A DNA stretch of 64,000 bases from contig OX442314.1 of assembly GCA_949358305.1 (NCBI GenBank), positions 14,384,001-14,448,000 of the forward strand. Reading direction: 5' to 3'. The DNA comes from Strigamia acuminata. Lineage: Eukaryota. The position numbers and the translations under genes are program-made. Below, one piece after another: positions 1 through 12,834 of the stretch. The stretch's first letter is position 1, and every line of letters begins with the position of its first letter. A model generated the notes under the pieces. It worked only from the letters and a program-made list of their open reading frames with translations. It was not told the origin of the DNA and did not search any database.

Positions 1-728
1 CGTAGTGACCATTTGAATTTGGTAAGGTGTTTCAGGATTCCGTCTATACTTCTGGCGGCCTCCTCTCACCCGATCTAATCTCACACCTAAAAACATTTAA
101 AACCAATTAATTAAACGGTAATCCATTCTCAAAACACTTTTTGTTTCGTTGTTTTTATTTATTATTTTTTACCTTCTTTCAACATTCCCATCCTTAAACA
201 CTTCTGAAAGCGGCACGCCTGACACGCTTTTCTCCGCCTTTTATTAATTTCACAATCATTAGCAGCCGGGCAAGTATATTCTATATTACCTACGAAAAAC
301 AAAAGGGGAAAAAATGCTAAAATTGTATCTTAAATTGAAAAACATAACTCCTCACTTTTACCCTGAATTGTTCTTTTAAAAAACGCTTTACAGGCTTCGC
401 AAGAAGCAACTCCATAGTGAAATCCCGACGCAACATCGCCGCAAACAAGACACAAACGTTTGGGAGAATCGTCTTCTTTGGCACTTGTCCCTTCGGAGGA
501 CGCTAGAGGACCATCTCCAGGCATTGTGCTGGAACAGAACATGTCTTGTCGATCGGGACTCGACGGCGAGCATTGTCCAGCATCCATAGTGAAGGCATCT
601 TCTGTCTTCCCATTGGATAATGTCGGAGAATAAATTTCCGAGCTATCTGAAGGCGAACATGGCATCACCATTGGCACTCCTCCTTCACATTTGATATGAG
701 AAACAATGACAGTGTTGTGATTGGCCAT
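1..728 (-). CDS. ERR: Estrogen-related receptor (NR3B), 5' part; multi-exon, continues beyond window start
   Basis: Exon ~362-736 encodes [31 protein letters not shown] (ERR P-box CEACKA). Exon ~172-290 gives the second zinc finger ([30 protein letters not shown]). Exon 1-87 gives [16 protein letters not shown]. Probable ATG at 728. Confidence 0.93.
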
Positions 729-2757
729 CTTAAATTCTGTTAGAGAAAAAAAGGAAAAAAACAAACAAGTTTCTTTTTAAAAATAAATTACATTCGTCTT
801 AGCTTCATAAACTTCAGTATTTGCATTAAATTCTGAAATTTTGTTTGTCTCACTCTCTTTATAGGTTACATCCTGCTGATTTCATTCAACGATGTAATTT
901 CTTACTTTTTTTTCCCCACTGGGAAAATATTGTAGTAAGATGACAAACAAATAACTTTTACTCGTGACCTACAATGCTTTTTTAACCTTGATCTTGAAAA
1001 TGAATGAGATAAGAGCATCCACCAGTCACTTGTCCAACAAAAAAATTATTACAAATAATAAATCTTTCCAAAAATCCAGTTTTTGTTGTTTTTATTTACC
1101 AAAAAAAAAAAATGTATGTTTTTTTTTAAATAAATAAATGAAAAAAATAAAAATAAAAATCTATCTCAGTCTCAGCTTAAAAAAATTAATGTCTCATTTC
1201 AACCCACCTAGAATTTAAATTTCAAATATATCACCATTAATAATCATTACTTTCCTTCAAATTACACGTGCCAAATTCTACTTCAAATTGGTTAAATTAT
1301 GACAACACAAAGCCTAAATGCCTACAGTTTTCGCAGAGCTCCTCCACTTCGAAAAAAGTGGAAGAACCCAACATGATGAATTGCATACAAGCAGTTTTTT
1401 TTTCTTTCTTTCTTTTTTTTTTAAAAAAAAAAAGCCACTCTAATCCCACCTTTATTCATTTTTTTTTAATTTTATTTTTACAAACCACTCGCACATTTTA
1501 CTTCAACAAAGGCATTAAATTTTCTCATTACAACGCCGCGAGAACCTAAAAACTCGGATCCACACAACATCAGCCATCCCACCTGGCAATCCCTAAACGC
1601 AGACCGAAGCATGCAGCCTTGCATCCGCATAAAAATAGTTTGGCCTTGAACTTGGAAGTTTTTCTTCATTTTTTTCTCTCCTCCCCTTTTATAAATTTGA
1701 TTTAATCTTTTTAAACAATTTTCTTTTTTTGGAAAAAAGAATTACGATCAATTTACATGTATGGAAATTGATATAACTATGTATATATATATATAAATAG
1801 ATTTTTTTTTCGATTGGGAATTTTAAGTTGCGACTCACGGGCATGTGTGCAGCGACTAGCTATCACGATCGTATGTTGTTTCATGTCAAATGAATGCTCG
1901 ATGCGCGAATATCAGTTGGAGAGTTGTTTCTGACACAAGTGTTTAGATAATAAGAAAACTTATGATGTCATTTTTATCCAGGGTTGAGGTTGACTACCTC
2001 CAACATTACACACTTTTCATTTCCCAGTGACCCAAATGTGTTGGCCACGAGCCAGCAGCACCTTGCTGGTCCTAACATTGGCACAGTACATAATCGGGTC
2101 CTTTGCATAAGGTCTCAAAAAAAATACAAAAAGATCAATTCCACTTACAAAAATTAAAAAAAAAAAATTAAAAATTAAAATTTACAGATATAAAATTCGA
2201 TTAAAAAAAAGGAAAAAAAAAGTAATATTTACTTATTGTGATGATAAAACGTGAAAAACGTGAAAAATATGAAGCAAAGTCTGCCCTGCATTACTAATTA
2301 AATGTCAGTGCTCAGTGGTATTAATTAAATGCATAATGGAAAGCTCTGAGGTGGGGAAATGTCATTACCTCTTCGTTTTCATCGAGTGGGAATTTTTACG
2401 CACTTTTAATTTAGATTTCGTGTATCAATAGCACAGCTAAGTTAAATAAAATGTGTTTAGCACATGTTTAGTATTCTCCACGAGCCGTATCACATCCTAA
2501 ATCAAATGTAAGGAACCGAATCTAAATGAAGAGTTGTGTAATAAATCTAAATTCAGCTTTTCAACCCATCCAACTCACCAGCTCAATATAGGCAGCCGAC
2601 TTGTATTAATTTATGAAGCACATACTACCGGTGCAGGAGTTTCGTGGCGAGTAAATATTCAAACGATTACTTTTGCCTTCACCATCACTGACCCAGTTTC
2701 CTCCATTATTGAAGACGCCAATGCCCGGATGAGAATAAGACGCGATCCGCTCAACTA

Positions 2758-2961
2758 TGCGCATGCGCGCTGTTAAATTAATTTTATTTTTAAAACGTAA
2801 TGATAAATTTGAAGTGGTTTTTACTTAAAATGTAAAATTTACACAGCACAAAAATTTTAAATTAGTATAAATTTAGTTCTACTACCACGGCCGACGTGTA
2901 GTGAAAGTCATAGATTTCCATTTCCATCCGCAGATGGCGTAAGTGCAAATTAAAAATGGCG
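2758..2961. promoter_or_regulatory. NRF1/Ewg palindrome (TGCGCATGCGCG, 2758-2769) and YY1-like motifs (AGATGGCG, AAAATGGCG) in the divergent ERR/PHF10 region
   Basis: Consensus matches 90-290 nt upstream of the PHF10 ATG; motif match only. Confidence 0.5.
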
Positions 2962-3047
2962 CTTTTGTATTTGTTTGACCGGCAAGATAATTTAATTTCT
3001 TATTCAATTTACCTCCTAAAATTTGATTTGATTCTTTAAAAACAAAA

Positions 3048-5530
3048 ATGAGCGAACCAGAATCATCCAACTCGCATCTTCTCCCAACCGACACCCAAGG
3101 TACCTTTGTGGCTGCAAGTTGTATAAAAACGGATGAAACTGTTGAATTCGCACGTCCTGCCCAAGTGGCCTCTCGTGATGCATTGGATATCTTCGATGCA
3201 TCAACAATGTTAACTGGTCCTGAAAGTAGAGATCCCGTTTTAATGTCTGCGCCGACTAACCTACCACCTACTTTTCCCATCATCGAGGACGATGGCAGCT
3301 CCAGTAATCATAAGCTTACAATCACACTCACACCCACGAAACACCCGGAAAATTCAAATACAGATGGACCCCTGGAAGATGACTCTCGCAGTAGTTTTGA
3401 CAGCTTCAAAACTCCAGCATCGCGAGAGTTAACTTCTAGTGAAGTTCCTGCAGAAGAGGACTCACAAAGCAGTTTTGCAAGTCAGCGCAGTGCTAAGCAG
3501 CGATGGGATGCCGTCGATGAAAGGTTTCGAACCATTCAATTTGATCATTTTGAACATTTCTGATGAAATTGTCTTTTATTTGTTTCAGGAGTGCAGTGTT
3601 TCCTGCCGAAAATCTTTTTGAATACCAATGGCCGCTTAATAACAAACTTGCAGACTACTACATGTTACAAGAGCAAATATGCGAGTTTTTACAAGTTAAA
3701 TCGTTCAAACGCAAACACCCAGGTATTAGACTGCTTTTAAATTACAAATGTTACAAACTGTATTTGTTTTTCTGTTTTAGAATTGACAAGGAGGCCAGTT
3801 GAAATGGATGAAAAACAATTTCTTCGTGATAGAGGCGTTGTCACTGAAACGCAGTGCGATTTGGGTTTGACAGCATTAAAATCGGAGGAAGTATTGGAGC
3901 TTACGATGCGTGATTATCCAGAAAAATATGTCGTAAGTTTTACGGAAAAACAAAAGAAAAAGAAAATTTAGAATAAATTAAACCGTTGCAGGAGTATGAC
4001 AAAGTTTTGCAAGAAAAGGAGAAGCAAAACATTAGTGAAAAACACAAGTTATACTCAACTCCAAACGTTGAAAAAAGTAAAATGGCCGAATTTGTAAAGA
4101 AAGCCATTAAATCTGCCTCGGAATGGAATATGAATCTCAATCGAGAGCGAGCGGAAGAAAGACGGGCCTGCTTCGATTTGCAATCTCTGGTAATTGGAAT
4201 TTGCGACTCCACTTTCCAATATTTCTCATTTTTTTTATCTTTTGATTACAGATAGTCCATTACCCAACGGGTAAAAAAAAGAAACTAGACATCGAACCTG
4301 TCAATGTGGGTCAGTATCCCGTGAGTCTCATCTCTGGACAATTTCAAGACTATTACAGGAAGTAATAAATAAACCAAAATCAGCAAAATCGGAACAAATT
4401 TAAACAGCCAATTTTGTCGTTCTCACAGATACACAGCGAACGAATTAAAATATTATCCCTTTAACACTGTTCTATATGGACCCCGATCATCTTACAACCA
4501 AGACACCACTCAAACGACTTCGGACGGCAGCCAATCGGATTCTGAAGATAGTTCATCGACTGTAATCAAACGAGAAATGATCAACTTTGTAGCGCTTGAA
4601 ACTCATTTTAATTACAGGACGGCTCCAGCTCGGACTCGAGCCGCGACGGCAGCGCCGACAGCAGCTCGGGCGAGTCGCTGCGTCGCCTCGAAACCGATCC
4701 CAGCAAATGCAGTTACGAATTAGCCGACGCTAAGGCTCGCATGAATTTAAACTTACGCGGAAGACGATTGAAGGCAATCCAAAAGAGGGGCAGGGGTAAG
4801 GTGAAAGAAGGCTCGTGTTGTGTGTGCAGAGGGCGAGAACAGAACAAAGAGGGCGTGACTGAAGAATTGTTGCCTTGTACCGAGTGTAGCAAGAGAGGTA
4901 AAATATGAGGTCTGCTGCTCTACAAAACTATGCGCTAGTTTTGCAAAGCTAAATCCTCGTTTGAGTAAAAGTGATTTTTCGTTTTAGGTCATCCGTCGTG
5001 TCTCGACATAACGCGGGACATGGTTCCTACAATCAAATCGTACGCATGGCAGTGCATCGATTGCAAAAACTGCAACGTCTGTCTCGAGCCCTATGACGAA
5101 GTGATTGATTAATTTTAATTTTAATTTTACTTTTAATTAATTTTATTTCAAACTTCGTTTTAGGAAAAAATAATGTTTTGCGACAAATGCGACAGAGCGT
5201 TCCACTCGTTTTGCGTCGGGCTCAAAACACTACCTCGCGGATTGTGGCTTTGTTTGTCGTGTGGGGAATGTCGATCGTGCGGCGCAAAACGCCCCGGCCC
5301 CGAAGGAAATAAGAAATTACAGTGGGTTCATGAAGTAAGCATGATTAAAAATTAATCAAAAAAAATAATTTTGAATTATAATTAATTTTTTTTTTGTATT
5401 TGTAGTATCAAAAGGGGCGTACGAATTCAGTCAATATTTATTGTGTAAATTGTTCCAAGTACGTATTTATTTCAATTGAGACAATTTGATTGTACAATTT
5501 TGATTTTTTTTTTACAGAATGCGTCGTTAA
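3048..5530 (+). CDS. PHF10: PHD finger protein 10 (PBAF subunit BAF45a / SAYP), multi-exon
   Basis: SAY domain (FEYQWP...[59 protein letters not shown]) and tandem PHD fingers (GHPSCL...[31 protein letters not shown]). GT-AG introns; stop TAA 5528-5530. Confidence 0.92.
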
Positions 5531-5790
5531 CAATAATTTGTTTCCTAAATTGTTCATTTCTTTTGCATTTTTCTATGTGCGACAAACGTTTGTACCAACT
5601 AAAAACTTGGGCAATTTTCATAATTTGATATACGAGTAAAATCAATTGTACTTTTACTTTATCGAACATATAAAAAAAATTCGTCATACCCGCCACAAAT
5701 TCACTTAAAAACCGCTTGGCAAAGCAAACACGCCCGTTTAGGACGTCTGGGAGTCAAGACCTAACATGGTAATCAACCTTTGTTATATCT

Positions 5791-6890
5791 TTATAACGCC
5801 ATCATGCTCATTTTTTGGCTCCACGCACCATTTGCAATTCTACAATCGCCTTTCAATTTCTTTTCGAGCAGCAGATATTTCTGCGCCGCTTCTTCCCTTT
5901 GTCTAAAGACTCGAATTTATTAATTATTCAAAAAAAAAATATATCATTACGTTCACCTACCTCAAAAGTCTGAATTCGATCACTTTTAAACAGGACTGAA
6001 GTTCGTCACACTTTTTATTGTACTCTTTAACCTCTTCTTCGGAAAAATTCGCTCCATTCTCCTTAAAATTTTCCTGCATTTGTTTTAACACTTGCAGTTC
6101 CTAAGCCAAAATGTTTGTCTAGAAAAAGTCTGCAGAAAATCCGAAACACGACTCACTCTTTCGTGATGTCTCTGGATGATGTTGAACTGCTCCAAGAGTT
6201 GCGCTTTGTAGTCGTTGAGACACGTATCCATTACAAGTTGGGCCTGTCTCAACGTTAGATGAGGCGGATTGCAATCAAACTGAATGAAATACGGCAACAG
6301 ATAGTCCTGATCTTTCTCTTGGCTTTGTCGATCTTCGATTTCTTGTTGCAGCTAAAACGAAACATCGATAATTAAGCACAGATTTAGTGTAAAAATATCT
6401 AGATATTTTTACTTTCGCCAATCTTGCTTTTCGAACAGCCTGGTTACGAGCGCTGTTGTAAGGCGAAACTTCGATATTACAGCCCGATTCTTCGTGAAAT
6501 CTTTCACTCAATAAGTTTTGAAGCTGCAATCGATATCCTCATTACATTTGCTGCACTCATTTACCATGTTTACATGTACTCAGTTTTCCAGAAAAGTTAA
6601 AATACGGATTTTTTTTATCATGTCCCTAGTTTCGTATCGTATTTTTAGCTCATTTCACAATCTGCCTCGCACAACGGGGATTTAGTTTTCCAAATAAGTC
6701 TGTCTTTTCTGGAAAACTTATCCAGATAAGTGGGTACATGTAAACAAACATGGTATGTGTCTCGCACTACACTGGTACCTCGACCTCGTCGTCTCTAATC
6801 CGATGTAATGTACGCGTTTCTCGTTGGGTAAACTCAAATAAAATCATGTAAGCCTCTAATCTAGACAGTCGCTTTGCTTCAGGGTCGGCC

Positions 6891-6925
<35 letters not shown>

Positions 6926-9371
6926 GGATTGTTAAAATCTTTAGTTACCTGGAACTCCTTCATAGATTCGAGAGAAAATTCTTTGTGGTAATCTCGTCGT
7001 GCACTTTCCATGGGTTTAGCAAATTCTCTCCAGCTAGCAGATATTTTTGATTCTTCACGATGATAAATTACCAGGATTTTAGCTTCCGTTATTTTGTAAA
7101 TAACTTCTGCGTAGTCTTCGTTAGCATTCTTATCTTCATTTCTGTCAAATTTCTCATGAATTTTCTGCAAAATAACGGTAAATCAGTAAAATTCGCAAAC
7201 AAAATTGGGCTCGTTTTACTAAAATAGTTCGCTGTGTCGTCGATGCTGGTCCAAACTTTTTAATTCTCACACCAAACCACGTGTGTCTGTAATTAAGAAA
7301 GTCCATTCTGCCGTAATACTCATCAAACATTTCCTCTTGCGAAACTTGTCTTTTTACAAGCCCGTCCGCTCTGTTTTCAAAATAAAACACCAACATTCGA
7401 TCACCTTGTATTCCAGGATCCGAAGCTTTGTACATGTGCTCTAAAATATATATATTTATATTTATTTAAAACCTTGTCTCGCATTAATATATATATTATT
7501 AGTTACCTTTTAATGCTTGACTTTGACCATGTTTGTAATAATCCGTCACTCTACCGGTTACGTGATCGTGGACTCGCTTGTACAATTTATCAGCTCGGTG
7601 TTTAAAATCTTCTTCAACAGTCTGTAATTCTCTTCTATCCCAAGTTTTGTAAAAACAAACTCTCTTTACAATTCCGTCCTTCGTTTCGTATTCATTGAAT
7701 CCTTCCACTTTTGTATATTTGAACAATTTTGTCTTTTTTTCCGAAGGAAATCGACTTTGCAAATCTATTTTTCACATTATACAAAAAAATAACACTCGTG
7801 AAAAATCGACACAACTGATTTTAAACCACTTTTAGAAGTGATGATAAAAGCCTGAGCCCACGATGCTGGCATATCGAATTTCTCTTGAGCCAACGGCAAC
7901 TGTGGCATCGACTCCATCTCCTCTATCAAATCACTCGGTGTTGCGAGAGTTACGGGAACATAAGGCAAAAAACATTCCCACATTCCACTATCAGTAAAGT
8001 TGAATAACAAGTCCTGCGAACCAAAACCGCCTTTTTTAATTTAATTCTTTGAAAACTTCACTCATAAATCAAATTCTGCGACCTTTACGCCTTCTTTACA
8101 ATGCTGCATATTAACCCAGTAGTTTTCGTTATTCCAAATACTTTCAATACCCAAGTATTTGTCGGTATTTAAAGATATTTTCCATCCTAACACTGGTTCA
8201 ATAAAGAAATCTTCAGGAACTTCCCGTTTGCCACCTTTTACCATCACCCAACTGTGAACTCGCTGTCCGTAAAGCGGATCGTGGGGTGGTTTCGTCAATT
8301 CCTTCAGCAATAATTAGCGAGGTGTAACAACTATTCTGATAATTATCATCGGTTTTATACCCGTTCCCGTTCCTTCTCCTTCTTAGCTTCTTCCAGTCTT
8401 TCCAACCTTCTGACTGAATTTTCACGCCGCGTAAGCAACTCCTCAAAAGTGCTTTTTAACTCGGCTTTTACGCCCTTTACTACGTATTTGCCCGGTGGTT
8501 TTTCTTCAACCACGGGCACAACCTACAAAATCGCTATTAAAATTACCGCAAATCAATTTATAGCAACATCATTTACTTCTTCCTCTTCGATAATAACCGG
8601 TGCATCCTCTCTCTCCGTGATATCCGAACATATGGCTTCAGTAGCATAACCGTTGACAATGTACGCATCGTAACCCATTCCCAAGAGTAGGGAACACAGG
8701 AAGGTGCTGTATTCGAAGCAGTTTCCTTTTTTGCGTTTGTGGACGGTCCAGGGATCCAGTAAACGACTGGGCTAATAAATGCAAACCGCACAATTGGCTT
8801 AGTTTAATATTATTTTTTGTTTAAAATTTATTGTCCACTTTCTTACCACACTTGTGGGATTTTCCAGTTTTTCAAAGTTTAAGAAATCAGCCACAAATTG
8901 TGAACAACCGACCCAATTGTCTAGTTCTTCATATGGTACAGCCGTGGGTCGAATTGTCGTGCAAACAACTTTCTAGCAATTAAAAATAGAAAAGAGAAAG
9001 TAATTTTAATTTTTTTTTTAATTTTTAATTTTTTTAAAATTTTAACCTCAATCCCAGCTGCATTTTCCGCTGTTAAAAATGGGGTTTTCCGATCTTGGTA
9101 CAAGTATGAAAACTGTCGGCAAAAGTTTCTGACGAACAGAATTAAATGTTTCTCTCTCGGGCTGTTGCTGACATAGGTGGTCGATAATAAATCATTTGGG
9201 AGTCCTAATCTGAAAGGAAAACATCGGTTTCGTTTCGTAATTAAAATCGCATAGTTGGGCCACTTACTTTGAAAGTCGTAGACTTATTTCTAACGAGTTG
9301 GTAAATTTTGAGTCACCCGTTGAGATTTTGGCGAGCAAACTGCTCTCAGGGATGCTGCCGAGCCCGGTCAT
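5791..9371 (-). CDS. DRC7: Dynein regulatory complex subunit 7 (CCDC135 / lost boys), multi-exon
   Basis: Spliced translation gives NSPREKHLILFVRNFCRQFSYLYQDRKTPFL, DPLYGQRVHSWVMVKGGKREVPEDFFIEP, YLGIESIWNNENYWVNMQ, FDMPASW and DYLLPYF. ATG 9371, stop 5791; no frameshift seen in the exons checked. Confidence 0.88.
6562..6755. mobile_element. Small MITE-like inverted-repeat insertion in a DRC7 intron
   Basis: Left end TACCATGTTTACATGTACTCAGTTTTCCAGAAAAG is the reverse complement of right end CTTTTCTGGAAAACT..GGGTACATGTAAAC..ATGGTA. TA at both termini. This intron is ~250 nt versus the usual ~60. Confidence 0.6.
6891..6923. repeat. (TAA)n microsatellite in a DRC7 intron
   Basis: About 11 perfect TAA units; explains the poly-Ile run in ORF 6856-7170. 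Confidence 0.9.
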
Positions 9372-9406
9372 TTTACGTTTTGTAAAGAAAACGTTCAAAT
9401 TTTAAC

Positions 9407-9420
9407 GTTGCCATGGTAAT
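9407..9420. promoter_or_regulatory. RFX X-box upstream of DRC7
   Basis: GTTGCCATGGTAAT, a near-perfect match to GTTGCCATGGYAAC, ~35 nt upstream of the ATG of a ciliary gene. Confidence 0.7.
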
Positions 9421-9826
9421 AATAAACAAATTTAAGTTACCAACCTTACTACCAGATGTCGTGTAGTTGAGAACGTAATCTGTGATCCGGGCAGCAGGCT
9501 GAACTAAAACTCTTAAGATTCCATCAGTCGAAATAACTAATGTCAAAAACTCGGAAAAATAGCTCATTTCTAACAAGTAGAAAACTTTATTATAATAATA
9601 ATAATAATTAAAATAAAAAAATTGAAAAAATAAAAAATAAAAAAATGGGCAGTCAATAAACTCTATATTGAATTTCTTTCCTAAAATTAATTTAATGTTA
9701 AGTTAACAAGCCTGGTATCAATCTAAACTACAAATTAGGTACGATTTTATATATATACAAAACAAATTGTATCACTTAAAACAAAAAAGTCTCAAACGTG
9801 TGGCGCAAAAATGATTTCCATATTTA

Positions 9827-12177
9827 TTAAGAGATCGGTTTTATCGAGGCGTTTTTCGTCGTCGTCGTTGTCGTTGAAGATTTGTTCTCTGATGAACTAT
9901 CCACCAAATTTTTCACATGTCCAATGAAGAGTACAGTTTTGGTGACTTTATCTTGAATGAAAAACATGAACGGGTGATCAGCACGGAAAATCGTCTCAGA
10001 CTGCATCATGCGCCCTCGGATCGTGATTGCCGACACGGCAGCCGCTTTGGTTCCTTTTTCGTTCACCTCCAAAAACGACTTGTGTACCACATCCGAAACG
10101 AACAAATCTTTGGTATTGCTGATGGCGGACAAATCACATTTCCCTTGGAAAAACAAATCTCTGATCCCCATGTGAGCCAGAACGGGCTTTAAACGAACAT
10201 TCTGCTCGAGACGAAACTTCGGCAACAAAACGGTCACATTCTGCGGCACGACGAACGATTCGGGCGAATAAAATATCTGCGGATAATGCAAAAGATCGCG
10301 ACGCATTTTATCCAGACCATCGGGCGCATCGGGCAACAGCAGATACATGGCCAAATGGCGGCCACGGTACGGCAACTCCAGCAAACTGCTTTGCAAGTCG
10401 TCCAGTTGAGCGTAGCCGAATTCCGCTTGCGTGTACATCATCGGAGTGGAAATTTCGTGGGTCGGGGTCGGGAAAAACGGCCTGGGTTGAGTGCGCTCCG
10501 CGTCGAATTGAGTCGTCCAGTCGCCCTTGAAGTAGACGGCGTTCATCAATAAAAGTCGGGTTTGTCGGTCCACGGAACCGGAAGTCATCAACTCGGAGAT
10601 GCGATTTCGAGTGGCTCGTGCGGCCCACGAATTAATGGCCTTGGTGGCCGATTCGGCGCGACTGAAATCCAGGGATTGGACGTCACTAAGGTGATAGCGT
10701 CGTAAGTTGTGTCTGAAGTCAGGAAGGACGTCGTAACCGTTTTGGAGAAAAACACGATTCGCCACGGCGAGGACGTAGGAGCGTGTCGCTCGGTTCATGG
10801 ACGAAAGAGCATCACGAATAGACTCGCGTACTCCCGGAGTGTCCAAGGTGTTCCAGTGTAGCACACGAAGCATTTGCGAAGCGGTGTCGCCTCGTGCCCC
10901 TTCCAGGGTCAGCGCGAGAACCGACGCAACACTGAAGGGTGAAAGAAGGACGTTGCCGTCATTGCTTTCTACCGATACTCGGTCGTAGAGATCGTATATG
11001 AAACTAAATCCCGATTCGTCGTCGTATGTTGAATGTGATTCGTTTTCTTCACTTCTCGCCACCGAGTTGTTTTCGGCGCCATTCACGCCAGCTAAATCAA
11101 AATAAATGGAAAATTATAGAATAAAATTACAATTTTTTCCTTTTTCTCATCAAAATAGACGACGGATGACGTCATCAATTCGAAAATTCAGACACATTAT
11201 GTGGGATTTTGTATTGTTTTTATATATTTACCCTTAATTTCCAACCATGTGAGTAAAATTACAGTAAATTTCAGTAAAATGAGGGTTTATGAACCCGGGT
11301 AGAGAGGTCTTTAAAAAAGGTAACAAAATATCCGGTAACGTAATAATAGAAAATCGCTCGCTACTGACCTACAAAAGAATTGACAAGAAAAAATGCAGCA
11401 GACCGACACCTTGGCTTTTGTATCGGTACATTATAGATGCAGAAGGGTTCGTTCAACTCATAAAAAATTTATGAGAAAAGTTTTTAGCTTCATTTTGTTA
11501 ATAAAAACAATAGTGAAATCTGTGGGATTTGTTATGGGGATTTCTCTCGAAAAAAATCCTCCCCATCTTGCTCTACAGCTTTAGGCAATGTTTTGTGTCC
11601 ATCGAGGTCAGGTTGGGGCAACCGTGAAATGTTAACTTACCGCAATAATTACTATCACACGTGGATTATAAAGCAAAAATCACACAAATCCGGGATTTTG
11701 TAATAAAAAATATTTTTTTTTTCTCTAAAAATTTAAAAATTTCAATTTTTTTTTCCAAAAAAAAATATTATAAAATAATAATAATAATAATAATGCAAAA
11801 AAATGATGATGTAATACGGATTTGACCATTAACCTCAAACATTTGCCCTCCAAAAAGCATTCCAATTGGACAATGTCAATAAAAAAAGGAGTTTTTAAGA
11901 ATGTGGGATGTTGAATTTTCATCTTTTTACTCTATAAATAATTCACTATCTAATTTGACTATTGTCATATAGGAAAAAGGAACAAAGGAATTAAATTTCT
12001 ATTCTTTATGTATCGGATTGGAGCCGTTACAATCCAGCCATTGACATACATTTGTTTTAAAAAGATTAAATTTAGAATATAAAAAATTATTGATAAAAAA
12101 GTTGTCAAACTAGAATTAGAAATAAAATTGAATTGAATTTTACCTGTGATGACTAAGAAGAGGACGAAGATGATCAT
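9827..12177 (-). CDS. Secreted inhibitory serpin, predicted P1 Arg; two coding exons
   Basis: Exon 12144-12177 (MIIFVLFLVIT) splices in phase 1 to exon 9827-11091, giving signal peptide MIIFVLFLVITAGVNGA. Serpin motifs NVLLSPFS, NAVYFKGDW, hinge EVNEKGTKAAA and FRADHPF are present. Confidence 0.93.
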
Positions 12178-12834
12178 TTTTCGATGTTTCGAAGAGCGAG
12201 AATGAATTGAAATATAAAAATCCGTTAAACTTTTAGACAACTGACAGTTGAACGGCTGCGATGCATATGCGGTGTTCCGTCCAGTCCACTGACCGACTTC
12301 AACTCGCTAAGATCCGGGGCGCGAGGGGCCGGGCCAATGCGGAAATGGTGTCAACTGTGACGCGCGCAACTTACACGGATTTGCCGCGGGCAAAGTCCTG
12401 AAGTTTGTTTTCTGACTCTTATGACCCTCTCACCTGTGAACCTCCTTCTCCGTGTCCGTTCGCTCCCAGCATTAGTGTGGAAATGAATCACACGATGAGA
12501 TATTACCGTGTGAATGTGATTATTAAATACAGAAAAGTAATGAAACAAGTGTGTATGGGAAGTAAAACTTCAGGGGCTTTTGATTGGTGGTTGATGATGA
12601 GTTTCCGAAATTCGTCACCAGTTGTTTATCTGGCGCTGTCGGGTTTGCTCGGTATGAGAAAAGAAAAACATAACGTACATAAGGGTAAAAGATTTTTTGT
12701 TTCTTTCCGTTTTCGTGTGATTAGTCGTTTATCTTCCGTGATTTATCGCTCGATTGTGTTGGTGTTTTCTTTTTATTTATTTTTAAGAACAAAAGTGACA
12801 TGTTGATTGATATTTACTGTATTTTGTAGAAAAT

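Noticed and set aside
9917..10988. Antisense and alternative ORFs in the serpin exon
   Set aside because: Stop-poor shadows of GC-rich coding sequence.
12351..12806. ORFs of 65-133 aa between the serpin and SIRT2 (similar ones at 27381-27770 and 53501-53785)
   Set aside because: Located in promoter/5'-UTR regions, low-complexity or AT-biased composition, no splice partners or family motifs.
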